A model generated the notes under the pieces. It was not told the origin of the DNA, ran no database searches, and saw only the letters and a program-made list of their open reading frames with translations. The translations under genes were made by a program, and so were the position numbers. From Malacoraja senta (lineage: Eukaryota): a stretch of DNA of 64,000 bases. Shown piece by piece: positions 32,601 to 45,395 of this stretch (the first letter of the stretch is position 1; each line of letters starts with the position of its first letter). The stretch is taken from NCBI GenBank assembly GCA_038087875.1, contig JAXLNO010005746.1:1-64000 (forward strand), written 5' to 3'.

Positions 32601-33856
32601 GGACGAGGGAATTGAATGCAACATCTCCAAGTTTGTGGATGACACGAAGCTGGCAGGCACTGTTAGCTGTGAGGAGTGTGCTAGGTGGCTGCAAGATGAC
32701 TTGGATAGGCTGGGTGAGTGGGCAAATGCATGGCAGATGCAGTATAATGTGGATAAATGTGAGGTTATCCACTTTGTGGCAAAAACAGGAAAGTAGACTA
32801 TTACCTGAATGGTGGCCAATTAGGAAAAGGGGAGATGCAACGAGACGTGGGTGTCATGGTACACCAGTCATTGAAAGTAGGCATGCAGGTGCAGCAGGCA
32901 GTGAAGAAAGCGAATGGTATGTTAGCATTCATAGCAAAAGGACTTGAGTATAGGAGCAGGGAGATTCTACTGCAGTTGTACAGGGTCTTGGTGAGACCAC
33001 ACCTGGAGTATTGCGTACAGTTTTGGTCTCCTAATCTGAGGAAGGACATTCTTGCCATAGAGGGAGTACAGAGAAGGTTCACCAGACAGATTCCTGGGAT
33101 GTCAGGACTTTCATATGAAGAAAGACTGGATAGACTTGGCTTGTACTCGCTAGAATTTAGAAGATTGAGGGGGAATCTTATAGAAACTTACAAAATTCTT
33201 AAGGGGTTGGACAGGCTAGATGCAGGAAGATTGTTCCCGATGTTGGGGAAGTCCAGAACAAGGGGTCACCGTTTAAGGATAAAGGGGAAATCTTTTAGGA
33301 CTGAGATGAGAAAAACATTTTTTTTTTTTTGAAAATATTTTTTATTGGAGATAAAACACAACATATTATCATCATTACCAGTCTTACATTTTTAAATTGA
33401 TAATATCGTCAATTATTATTACATTGTCTCCAATACCTTTTGCCTTTTTTAAAAAAAAATTTTAAACTAGATAGAACTAAAAAGATAGATGAAGTAAAGA
33501 AAGAAAAAAAAAAAAGAAAACAGAGAAGAAAAAGATAGTTAAAGAAGAATGGAAACATTTATTAAGATAAAAAACTTCGTTCGAGATATATTCGTACATT
33601 TCAGAGTATAACATTTCATCCATTCTTTAGCCCGAGTGCTAGTCAGGTTCTTGTGCTGAACCATTCTGACCCTTTAAATAATCAATAAAGGGAGACCATG
33701 TTCCAACGAATAATTCCTGTTTGTCCAACAGGGCAAATCTGATTCTTTTCTTTCCACATTTGATTCTGATTCCACATCTGATTCTTTCCACATTTAAGGT
33801 CTCCGTCATTTCTATAATCCACATTTTGATTGTGGGGGTTATAGGGCCTTTCCAAA
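29650..33856 (+). repeat. Duplicate of ~17150-21300 (offset ~12.5 kb)
   Basis: Same order of unique DNA, SINEs, CR1 RT (19823 vs 32338) and L1 3' end, with scattered substitutions. Confidence 0.9.
32064..33317 (+). mobile_element. CR1 LINE RT region (paralogue of 19549-20802)
   Basis: ORFs 32338..32796 and 32835..33332. Confidence 0.9.
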
Positions 33857-33953
33857 TCGCTGCAGGTAAGACCCGATTTTCTCCCGTTTTCAGATTCTTC
33901 GGCACGGAGCTAGTTGGCACTGGACTCAAGCCTCCATAGCGCCACCGGAAGTC
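33318..33953 (-). mobile_element. Internally deleted L1 (3' ~500 bp fused to 5' ~100 bp; ~5.8 kb lost)
   Basis: Junction gggcctttccaa|a|tcgctgcaggtaag at ~33856 joins 21300 to 27110; both termini and flanks retained. Confidence 0.92.
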
Positions 33954-36390
33954 AGTAAAAAAAAAAAAAAAGGGGGTAATCCTTTAGGACCGAGATGAGA
34001 AAAACATTTTTTACACAGAGAGTGGTGAATCTCTGGAATTCTCTGCCACAGAATGTAGTTGAGGCCAGTTCATTGGCTATATTTAAGAGGGAGTTAGATG
34101 TGGCCCTTGTGGCTAAAGGGATCAGGGGGTATGGAGAGGATGCAGGTGCAGGATACTGAGTTGGATGATCAGCCATGATCATATTGAATGGCGGTGCAGG
34201 CTCGAAGGGACGAATGGCCTACTCCAGCACCTATTTTCTATGTTTTTATGCTTCTATGCTTGGTTTAGAGATACCGCATGGAAACAGGCCCATTGGCCCA
34301 CCGAGTCCACGCCGACCATTGATCACCTGTACACACTATGTTTAAGAAGGAACTGCAGATGCTGGAACATGAAGGTAGACAAAAACGCTGAGTTTCTCCA
34401 GCATTTTTGTCTACCTGTACACACTAGTTCTGTTATCCCACTTTTCTCATCCATTCCCTACACATTTGCGACAATCTTGCAGAGGTATTTAACCTACAAA
34501 CTCGCATGGATTAGGGATGTGGGAGGAAACCAGAGCACCTGGAGGAAACCCACGAGGTCACAGGGAGAACGTTCAAACTCCACACAGACAGCACCCGTAG
34601 TCAGGATCAAACCCGGGTCTCTGGCGCTGTGAGGCAGCAGCTAACCGCTGCACCTCCGTGCTGCACTGAAGAGAGAAAGCAGGCTTGCGAGAGCAGACAG
34701 CAGAGCAGCAGGCCAGAGTGACAGCATCTGGAGTGGGAGTTGAACCCACAACACTCTGACTCCGGGTTTTTTTAAATTTCAAAATATACTTTATTAGAAA
34801 AATAAAATATATACAATTCATGATCCTTACAAAACTCCATCCGACATTCTCGGAGGCTAGACATACATTCAATACTGTTTACACAAATTACACAAATTTA
34901 CCCCATACCCTTGCCACTCATGTGGCCCACTGGCGTGGGATACCTTCCCTTATTTTGAAGGGCATCTCCACCACACCCTGCCACAAACTGACCTTTTGCT
35001 GGATGTCTACGCTGGCCCATGGTGTGGCTCAAGTAGCCTGGGAAAGTCACCCAAGACACCCTTGAGAGAGAGGGTGATGAATTTGTGCCCTAGCCTCAGA
35101 ATAAAAGGGCATAGTTTGAGAAAGGAGATGAGAACGAATTTCTTTAGTCAGAGGGTGGTGAATCTGTGGAAATCATTGCGACAGAAGGATGTGGAGGCCA
35201 AGTCAAAGGACATTTTTAAGGCGGAGATTGATAGATTCTTGATTAGTACGAGTGTCGGGGGTTATGGGGAGAAGGCAGGAGAATGGGGTCGAGAGGGAAA
35301 GATAGATCAGCCATGATTGATTGAATGGCGGAGTGGATCTGATGGGCCGAATGTCCTAATTCTGCTCTTATAACTTATGAACATGATCTGGATTGATCTG
35401 ATCATCTATCTCCACACAGAGGCTCCTTGATCGTCAGTGGGGAGGGTGTGCTGCCTGTCCTATACCACTGTAGGACATAGTGGCAGGGTGAGGGGTGACC
35501 TCTGGAACTCAGCTCCAAACATTTTATTTATCGGAGTCGCTGCCTCAAAAAGGCACCAATGTTTGCAGACACTTCTGTACATCCTGACATTCACCCAAAA
35601 GACAGCAGTACGTAGACTAGAACTCAAAGCTGGCTCTCCAGAAAGTGAACTTTTAACTTTATTACCAATAGCTTTGCCGTGTAAAATGCTGCACTTTGAA
35701 TAATGGTTAAAGTAATCCAATGTAAATGAAGATGGCTGAATTTTGTCATAAGTTCTTAGGTGAAAGGAGTAGAATTAGGCCATTCGGCCCATCAAGACTG
35801 TTGCGCCATTCAATCATGGCTGATCCATCTCTCCCTCCTAACCCCATTCTCCTGCCTTCTCCCCATAACCCGTGACCCCTGAACTAATTAAGAATCTCTC
35901 TATCTCTGCCTTAAAAATATCCACTGACAGCCTCTGTGGCAAAGAATTCCACAGATTCATCACCCTCTGACTAAAGGTTTATTGAGCAATTCTTTGCAAT
36001 AATTTCATTTTGCATTGCAACTTGCATTTCAACAGTGCATTAAAGGTGCTGGAAAAGTCTCGAGGTTCTTCACAGCACCATTGTCAGGTGGAATTTGGCA
36101 TCGAATCACATGCTGGTTCGAGATACAGCATGGAAACAGACCCTTCGGCCCACCGAGTCCACGCTGACCATCGATCACCTGTTCACACTAGTCCCACGTT
36201 ACACCGCTTTTGCATGCACTCCCTACACATTGAGTGCAATTCGACAAGAGGGCCAATTAACCTACAGAGCCACACGTTTTGGGGATGTGGGAGGATGCCG
36301 GAGCACCCAGAGGAGACCCACGCGGTCACAGGGAGAACGTGCAAACTCCACACCGATAGCGCCGGAGGTCAGAATTGAACCTAGGTCTCT
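33856..36390 (+). repeat. Near-identical duplicate of ~27110-29640 (offset 6,747)
   Basis: ORFs 27418/34165, 28690/35437 and 29263/36010 at constant offset. Confidence 0.9.
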
Positions 36391-37961
36391 GGTGGTGGTT
36401 GCAGTTCCACCTTCAGCAACCCCAACCCCACAAATATCACCCAGTACAACCCTCTCCATCACCAGTGTAGCAGTGTTACAACACAATGCTAGCAACTCAC
36501 GTCAAAATAGGTTGAGAAACAGGAAGACACAAGGAAGTACAGATGCAGTAATATCTGATAGTCTGCTCGGGTAGATTGCAACCCAATGGTGGGAACATTG
36601 AATTTTCTAGTTTTAAGTAATTAACCCACAACAATCCTTTCCCCTAACCTCCATCCCTTTCCAACTATATATATCCTTTCTTCCAGCTTCACATTTCATG
36701 CCTCTTCTCTCCATATCCCAAAGCTTTTTATCTTCTTTCCATCTCTGGCCTTCGTTCACCCATCAGTCAATAACCATCTCTCCCTCACCTGTATCCACCT
36801 ATCACTTGCCAGTCTTCATCCTTCCCCCACCTCTCTCCCAACTTTCTCCCCCCTACTACAATCAGCCTGAAGAAGGGTCCCAACCGAAAACGTTACCTAT
36901 CCATGTTCTCTGGAGATGCTCCCTGGCCCATTGAGTTACTCCAGCATTATATGTTTGTTTTTGAGAAATAGGAAGTTGTGAGGTTGATAAGAAGATTTGA
37001 ACACCAGTGTAAATATTTTGAAACCAAATCATTGGTTCTACGGGTTAGGGTTGTTATGACTATGCAGGGTGGGTTATCAGATCTGTGAGGTGTGGAGAAC
37101 CATGGTCAAATCCAAATCCACCTACATGTCACAGTGCCAGCGTGAAGGGTGAGTGGGGCAGAGCAGGGCGGGGCACTGGCACCAGAGTTAAACTCATAGA
37201 GTCATATAGCACAGAAACAGGCCCTTCTTCCCAACTTGACCATGCTGACCAAACTGCTTACCCACAATAGTTTAGTTTAGAGATACAGCGTGGAAACTGA
37301 CCCTTCGTCCCACCGAGCCCGCACCGAACAGCAATCCCCACGCATTAACACTATCCTACACGCACTAGGGACTATTTACAGCTGTTCCAAGCCAACTAAC
37401 CTACAAACCTATATTTTTGGAGTGTGGGAGGAAAATGAAGATCTCGAAGAAAACCCAGGCGGTCACAGGGAGAATGTACAAATTCCATACAGACAGCACC
37501 CGTAGTCTGTCTAACAGTCGAACCTGTCTGTAAGCGCTGTAAGGCAGCAGCTCTACCACTGCGCCACCCTAGTCCACTAGTCCCACTTGCCCGCATTTGA
37601 CCCATCTCCTCATATATTGGTAAATATCCATTTTTTACCCTCAGCCCGAAGTAGTGTCTCGGCCGGAATACAAACATGCACTTTTTGCCTCCACAGATGC
37701 TGCCTGACCCGTTGAGTTTTTCAGGTGTTCTGCCTATTGTTCCAGATTCTAGTATATGCAATCTCCTTTGTCTTCTCCCTCACACAACCCTAATCCTACC
37801 TCAACAATGTTATCTCACAGAAGCTGATGGGTATATGGAAGGAACATGTCCAGAGGAGCTAGTGGAGACAGGTACTATTAACAACATTTAAAAGCATTAG
37901 GACATGGTACGTGAATAGGAAAGGTTTGTAGGGACAGGGGTCAAACAAAGGCCTGATTTTT

Positions 37962-38261
37962 ACGGTGGCGCAGCCGTAGAGTTGCTGCCTTACATTGTAT
38001 AACAGCGCCAGATACCCGGGTTTGATCCTGGCTACAGGTGCTTGTCTGTACATAGTCTGTACTTTCTCCCAGTGACCTGCATGAGTTTTCTCCGAGAACT
38101 TCAGTTTCCTCCCACACTCCAAAGATGAACAGCTTTGTAGGTTAATTGGGTTGGTGTAAATGTAAACATTTGTGTTGATGTGCGGGGATCACTGGACGGT
38201 GCGGACACGGTGGGCCGGAGGGCCTGTTTCCGCACTGTATCTCTAAACTAAACTAAACTAA
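37962..38261 (+). mobile_element. Near full-length HE1/V-SINE with tRNA-derived A/B boxes and (CTAAA)n tail
   Basis: cggtggcgcagccgtagagttgctgcc...ccgggtttgatcctgg...ctctaaactaaactaaactaaa. Confidence 0.8.
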
Positions 38262-38454
38262 AGAGGGACTAGCGTACATGGGACATCTTGATCGGCATAG
38301 GGCAAGTTGTTTCCGTGCTGTATCACTCTATGATTTTATGAATCACATCCTCAAACTAAGCTTTACCCGGTCTCCGATGCTCAAATATGTGAATTGTCCT
38401 TCAAGGAGTTTATCTGGTGACGTGAGTTGACTTATCTGATCGCGTTTGGCAATA

Positions 38455-38790
38455 GACAATAGACAATATGTGCAGGAGTAGGCCTTTCGGCTCTTCGAGC
38501 CAGCATTGCCATTCAATATGATCATGGCTGATCATCCACAATCAGTACCCCTTTCCTGCCTTCTCCCCATTTCCCTGACTCCGCCATCTTTAAGAGCCCT
38601 ATCTAGCTCTCTCTTGAAAGTATCCAGAGAACCTGCCTCCACCGCCCTCTGAGGCAGAGGATTCCACAGACTCACAACTCTCTGTGTGAAAAAGTTCACA
38701 CATTCCAGGAGTAGAATTTGGCCATTCGGCCCATCGAGTCTACTCCGCCATTCAAACATGGCTGATCTCTGCCTCCTAACCCCATTCAAG
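38455..38790 (-). mobile_element. Two adjacent CR1 3' fragments
   Basis: ORF 38532..38789 tail FFTQRVVSLWNPLPQRAVEAGS; agacaatagacaat tail. Confidence 0.75.
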
Positions 38791-38814
38791 TTCGGACACA
38801 GTGTGCCTGCATTT

Positions 38815-38838
38815 GGGGGAGGGGGTTGAGGGGGTGGG
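38815..38838 (+). other. G-quadruplex motif G5-A-G5-TTGA-G5-T-G3 upstream of gene 2
   Basis: Read directly; ends just before homology with the gene 1 upstream region begins (38840 vs 6536). Confidence 0.7.
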
Positions 38839-39146
38839 CAAGGGAATGTTTGCAGTGGCGGACAGAGCGCCAGTCAAGTGGGCAAATGTCACCAGGATGA
38901 AGCAGAGCTTCGAGGAGATGCTCCAATCCAGGCAACAGGAGAGCGTTGCAGCGCACTCCTGATAGGTGCATTGTCCGTGGTGAGGAGGCTGGGGGAGGTG
39001 GCAAGTGAGTCACCAAGTTAGTCTCGAACCACTGCAAAGTCGTTTCCTGAGTAAACGGAAATTGACTGTTTGACTTCTGTTGTGAATGAGGAAGAGGACA
39101 ACTCAAACGCAGTGCAGGGACCAAACCGATCCAACGTAGCCGAGAC

Positions 39147-39243
39147 ATGGCGGTGGGACAGGGAGAATTCACCCACCAGAAACGGCCCAGATCCAGGGGA
39201 ACAGTCGCTCTGCTGGTTCTTGTCGCTGTTGGTCTCACACCAG
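39147..39243 (+). CDS. Receptor gene 2 exon 1: signal peptide (...VALLVLVAVGLTP(G))
   Basis: Same ATG context and phase-1 donor ccag|gtaaat as 6843-6939. Confidence 0.75.
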
Positions 39244-40079
39244 GTAAATCGTTGTTTTACAAAATGCTCTGTTCTTTAGAATTATTTACCAGCGCCTTGA
39301 ATTATTTGTAACCGAGGACTTCTCTGTACTGTGTGGGGAGCTGATGATCAATTGCTTAACACTCGTTAGTTCCTGTAGAGACTTCCATCAGCGGCTGTTG
39401 TCGTGTTGTGTGCAGCCAAATCGCACACAGCTAGCTCCCTGTGGAGAAGGGAGATAACCATCTAGAGCTTGCCTGGCCTTGTGGACCTCATTGAAACTTA
39501 CCGAATAATGAAGTTTAATGTTTAATACCGAATAATGAAGGCCTGGATAGAGTGGATGGGATGAGGATGTTTCCATTAATGGGAGAGTCTAGGACCAGAG
39601 GCCGCAGCCTGAGAATTAAAGTCCGCAGCTGGCCCTGTTGATCTTGGGTGTAGGGGTAACTCTTGGCCCCAGAACAGATAGTTTGCTCCACTATTCTGGT
39701 GCAAACTATCTACAGGTGAACTTTCTCAGTGACTTGAGAGAGCAGACAGCAGATCAGCTAAATGCCTCGGCAAAGTGACATCACCTCCAGCAGTGGTGAT
39801 TCCCCTCAGTACCGCACTCCCTCTGTCCTCGAGCTTCGGGAGTGGGAGTTGAACCAACGACTCTCTGACTTTTGGTGTGGTTCAGTTAGCCTGGGACAGA
39901 AGTTCTCCTCTTCTACCCGACGAGAATTCTGCAACACCCTCCCTCGCTGTTCTCCCTCTGTGATTCCTCCTGCTCTCCGGCTCTGCGATCTACATTTCCT
40001 TATCACCATCTGCTTTGTTCTGTCGTTTTCACGCCTTACCTCTTGCATATCTCTTGACTTCCTCCACCCCCCGACACTC

Positions 40080-40113
40080 GGTCTGAAGAAGGGTCTCGAC
40101 CCAAAACGTCACC
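40080..40113 (+). other. Hammerhead-like motif relic in gene 2 intron 1 (paralogue of 7906-7939)
   Basis: ggtctgaagaagggtctcgacccaaaacgtcacc; GAAA core changed to AAAA. Confidence 0.55.
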
Positions 40114-40351
40114 CATTCCTTCTCTCCATAGATGCCGCCTGACCCGCTGCGTTACTCCAGCATTTAGTGTCTATCAAAGACACACGGCACTCCCTCCACG
40201 CACTGCAATGGGAAATGTTGAACCTAAACCTTAGCATATTCAAAGAAAAAACCTGTGAAAGCCAGCCGATGGGAACAGGCGGGCATCTCAAATGAGGAAG
40301 CACCAGAGTGACTGTCCAATTTAGCATTTGGAGAAGTTGTGGTAATCTCTC

Positions 40352-40561
40352 TGTAAAGACTGTCCAAACACATGGTGTCTTCACTCTAGTTTATTGCATA
40401 CATTGTATTCGTATACACACATATTGCCCTAGCTGTTCGTGGTCCGTTACCGGAGCTAGAGAGCGAGCTAGGGGTGGGAAGGTTACATTTATACTGAAGC
40501 TAATGGGGAGTGGTTAGTAGAAGTGAGGTCACCATGTTAAAGGAACATGCACGGCTCTACA
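40352..40561 (-). mobile_element. Solo LTR (210 bp, TG...CA, 4-bp TSD TCTC), probably Gypsy-type
   Basis: tctc|tgtaaag...ctctaca|tctc; AATAAA on the minus strand; empty site in gene 1 at ~8165. Confidence 0.8.
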
Positions 40562-42539
40562 TCTCCACTCTGAGAAAAGCCAGCTTCCTTACAACAGACT
40601 CTGCTGCTCGAGCTGTTCTTCACACCGTGCTTTCCCCAGCCTCTGAGTTCGGACCTGGACTGATCTGATGATGTGTCTCCACCCCAGCTCCTGAATCTGC
40701 AGAGTTTCACATGTGTTAGAGTCATAGTGATACAGTGTGGAAACAGGCCCTTCGGCCCAACTTACCCACACCGGCCAACATGTCTCAGTAACACCTGTCC
40801 CACCTGTTTACGTTTGGTACATGTCCCTTCAAACCTGTCCTATCCATGTACCTGTCCAACTGTTTCTTAAATGATGGGATAGTCCTTGCCTCAACTATTT
40901 CCTCTGGCAGCTTGATCCATACACCGACCAGACTTTGTGTGAAAAAGACACCTCATGATTATTCCAGGTGGACGTGGAGTTTGAAACATCAGTGGCAGAT
41001 CCAGCTTCCACCTCAGGCCGGGAAGTTTAGTTCAATGGGGCACAAAGTGCTGGCGTAACTCAGTAGGTCAGGCAGTATCTCATGGTCTTGACTTGAAACG
41101 TCACCTATCCATGTTCTCCACAGATGCTGCCTGACCTGCTGAGTCACCACTGGCTATTCAGCTTTAGTAAAACACAAAGTGCTGGAGTAACACTGCAGGT
41201 CAAGCTGCATCACTTGGTGACTTTCCTTTAGTGACTTTAGAGATACAGCACGGAAACAGGCCCTTTGGCCCACAAAGTCCACGCCGACCATCGATCACAT
41301 GGCACAGTAACACTATCCTACACACGAGGAACAAATTACAATTTTAACATAAGCCAGTTAACCTACAAACCTGCATGTCTTTGGAGTGTGGGAGGAAACT
41401 GGAGAAAGCCCACGCTGTCACGGGGAGAACGTACAAACTCCGTACAGACAGCACCCGAGGTTAGGATCAAACACGGGTCTCTGGCGCTGTAAGGCAGCAA
41501 CTCTACCCCTGTGCCACTGTGCCACCATGTCTCTACCTGTAACATTACATATCCATGTTCTCCAGCGATGTTGCCTGACCTGCTGAGGCATCACAGGCAG
41601 CTGCCTATTCAGCTTTAGTAAAGCACAAAGTGCTGGAGTTCAAGTTCAAGTCCAAGTGAGTTTATTGTAATGTGTCCCTGATAGGACAATGAAATTCTTG
41701 CTTTGCTTCAGCACACAGAACATAGTAGGCATTTACTACAAAACAAATCAGTGTGTCCATATACCATACCATACCAGTAAGTCAGCAGGTCAGGCAGCAT
41801 CTCTGGAGAACATGGATAGGTGACGTTTACGGTTGAGACCTGAATAAGGGGTAGGCCATTTTGGACTCAAATGAGGAAAAACCTTTTCACCCAGAGAATT
41901 CCACTTTCTCCAGAGATAGTTCCTGACCCGTTGAGTTACTCCAGCACTTTGTGTCCTTTTGAGTATTAACCAGCATCTGCAGTTCCTTGTTTCTACTTGT
42001 TCAATGGGGAAGTGGGTTGTAGTGAGATTGAACACAGGGTGGGTCAGAGTGAGTGACAGGTTTGGCTTCCTGTCACATGACCACCACTCAGGTCAAGCCA
42101 CGCCCACAGGGAAGGATGATCCGGGCGCCAGGTAGATTCAGAAGCACTTCTGCTTTCACTGGAACTTGGGGAACAATCCCGGTGAAATGGGAATTAACAC
42201 CTGCGGGAAAAGCATTAAAGTGCAACAGGTTCTATGCAAAAGAAGAGAGACACAAAATGCTGGAGTAACTCAGCGGGACGGGCAGCATCTCTGGAGAGAA
42301 GGAATGGGTGAGGGAACATCACCTGTCGGTTTCTCCAGAGATGCTGGCTGCCCCGCTGAGTTACTCCAGCTCTTTGTGTCTATCTTTGGTGTAAACCAGC
42401 ACCTGCAGTCCCTTGCTGCACATGATCTATGCGAAACCATGAACCTGTCTGAACAGCACAAATGACATGTTTTTTATTGTTAAACCTCAGCTTGTGTTGC
42501 TGCAGTGTGAGTGATCTTTCATCATTAATGTGCCCACAG

Positions 42540-42863
42540 GGTCATGGGGAATAACTGGACCCGAGGAGGTGAGGGGAGAGTTGGGGCAGTCGGTCACTGT
42601 GGAATGTCCATATGATCAGGAATACAGTGACAACAGGAAGCTATGGAGTAAAGGTGATGATTACTGGAAATCATCTACCGTGGTTTCTACTGATCACCCA
42701 CGACAAGGGGGAACATCGATGACTGATAACAAAACAGAACAGATACTTTCAGTAACCATCGACAAACTGGAGAAGAGTGATGAAGGATACTACTGGTGTG
42801 TGATAGGAAAGGCAATAGTGTCATTCAATGAAAAGACCTCCATCTCATTGAAGGTTTCTGAAG
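42540..42863 (+). CDS. Receptor gene 2 exon 2: Ig V-set domain (CD300/pIgR/MDIR-like)
   Basis: Same splice sites as gene 1; 10 nt and 6 aa differences from 10172-10495. Confidence 0.92.
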
Positions 42864-44179
42864 GTACATTGACGATCTCTCCTCACTCTCCCAGATGTGA
42901 AAATTCCAGCCTGGGATTTCCCGGCCTCGGTCATGACGGTGCCACATCCCCGGGGGTCCGTGGGGGGGAGGAGTTTGGGGGGAGGTGAGGGGGGGTAGGG
43001 GGGACCCGCTGCATGGGGCCACACCAAGATCCCACTGTCCCAGGAGCAGTGTGGGGGGTGGGGGGGATCTCATCAATGGGGACCGGCGGTCCTGCTGCTG
43101 ACGGTTCATTTCCCCAAACACGATCTCTCCGGGACCAGAACCTCTGGTGCCCCCTCACTGGAGCAGGGGGGGTGGAACCACCCCCTCACCCTCTCCCCCT
43201 TCCCGTCAATGTCACACCCACCACACACACAACATCTGAAGAAGGGTCCCAAGCCTATACATCGTCTATTCATTCCATCCACAGATGCTGCCTGACTTGC
43301 TGAGTTACTCCAGCACTTTGTGTATTGCTCAAGATTCCAACACCTGCAATTCCTTGTGTCTCACAAACTATGGTGATTCATGAGCTCAGTTTATTGTTGT
43401 CGCCTGTACTGAGGTACAGGGAAAAGCTTTTACCATGTTTCCAATGAGGGCCAAGTCATTGGGTATTTTAAGTGGAGATTGACATGTTCTTGATTAGTAT
43501 GCATGTCAAGCGATATGAGGAGAAGGCAGGAGAATGGGGTTGAGAGGGAGAGATAGATCAGCCATGATTAAATGGCGGAGTAGACTCAATGGACCAAATG
43601 GCCTAATTTTGCCCCTATTATTTATGAACTTATGAACTAAGAATCCGCATGATGTGAGTGATATAGACTTTACACTGAGCCACACAAACTGTACAAGATG
43701 AAATACTCAACGGGTCGGGCAGCATTTATGGAGAGAGACGAGACTTAATGTTTCAGGTAGATACCTCCAACCAAATTGCATTATTTTCAATTCAGTCCAC
43801 GTAATGAAAATAGTCCATGGATCCTCCCACTCCCAAGTTCTTCTCCAACGTAGAAGACACTTGCCTAACTCCAGCAGCAGGCAGACAACACAGCCTGTGG
43901 GACTCTGAAGGGCATGAAAGAAGTCAATGAATGCTTGCGACCATCCGGTGGCATCTTAATGGGTGAGCCTCCTGTCTAGATCAAGAGGCTTGGTCCATCT
44001 ATGGTGGCCTCAGAAGGATCTTTGCCCAAATGTGTGGAGTCGGATTTGAACCCAGGAATCTCCCCACACCGAGCAAGAGCGTTCCCAACTGAGGCATCTC
44101 CCACACCTCACTAAAGAGGCACAGGACGTGCTCTCAGACATTTAATGTTCAAAAACTTCATTCACTTTATCTCCACAAG

Positions 44180-44264
44180 GGTCTCAAACAAGCCGCCCAG
44201 ATATGATCATCACCACCGAGGCAGCAAGTTCCACTGAGTCTCTTGGTTCAACACCTCCAAACAG
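44180..44264 (+). CDS. Receptor gene 2 exon 3: stalk
   Basis: Identical to 11812-11896. Confidence 0.75.
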
Positions 44265-45189
44265 GTTAGTAACTCGAAGAGCCAACTCAGCCTCACCTGA
44301 GAACAAATTAGTTAAGTTCAGTTCAGCTCAGTTAAAAGATACAGCGTGGAAATGGACCCTTTGGCCCACCGAGTCCGCTCTGATCAGCGATCACCCCATA
44401 CACTAGTTCTGTTCTACATACTAGGGGCAATTTACTACAAACCGGCATGTCTTTGGAATGTGGGAGGATACTGGAGAACCCAGAGTAAACTCTTGTGATC
44501 ACAGGGAGAACATACAAACTATGTACTGACAGCACCAGTAGTCCGGTAGGATCGTATCCTATTGTTAGTAAAATCATGCCCAGTACTTTGAGAAAGCGTG
44601 GCTGATCACATTCCAGTCCATTGATAAATAGTCATTGGCCTTGATTAAAGTCCCTCTGTCCTTAGTACACCCAGTGGCCCTACCATTGTGAATGTCTACC
44701 CTTATTTGATGCCAAAAACAAATAACTTCACACTTATCATGGTTCAATACCGGCTGGCATTGCTCTGCCCAACATACCAGTTGCTTCTTATCCCTCTGTG
44801 GTCTATGATTATCGTACTATCCAAAATGCTACAATTTTGGTGTAATCTGTAAACACGTTAATCATACTTCCAACAATAACATCTAAGGCCGGCAGATGGG
44901 AATAGTGTCGATAAGGACATCTTGGTCGGCGTGGGGAAATTAGGTCCAAGGACATGTTTTCATGCTCTATGTCTGACCACCAACATGAACATCTAAGTTG
45001 TCAATGTATGTAGTCATGGAACACCTCCAAGGAATGGGTGCATGTTGCGATATAAACATCTTACCAATGTCTACGCCACAACCTTGGATCAGACTGAATG
45101 ATTCCGTGTGCAATATGATGGAAATAATCTCCCAGCGTTGATCTTTGATAACTCTGTGTGGAAGTAATAATATTTCCTTGGATTTCCAG

Positions 45190-45297
45190 GGACATCGTGT
45201 TGAATGTTCGCCGTGTTTGGGGTGTGTCACGCTGGGTACTCTTTGGAGTTCTGCTTCTCTTCCCGGTTTCCATCAGCTGTGTGACAACTTTTAAAAG
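45190..45297 (+). CDS. Receptor gene 2 exon 4: transmembrane with Arg
   Basis: Identical to 12822-12929. Confidence 0.8.
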
Positions 45298-45395
45298 GTA
45301 AAAGTTTGTAATCTCTTCACTCTGGTGATGACATTAAATTCAATTGGAAATGATGGGAATTTACTTTAGAATTCTGGAGATAAAGTGTGGACATA

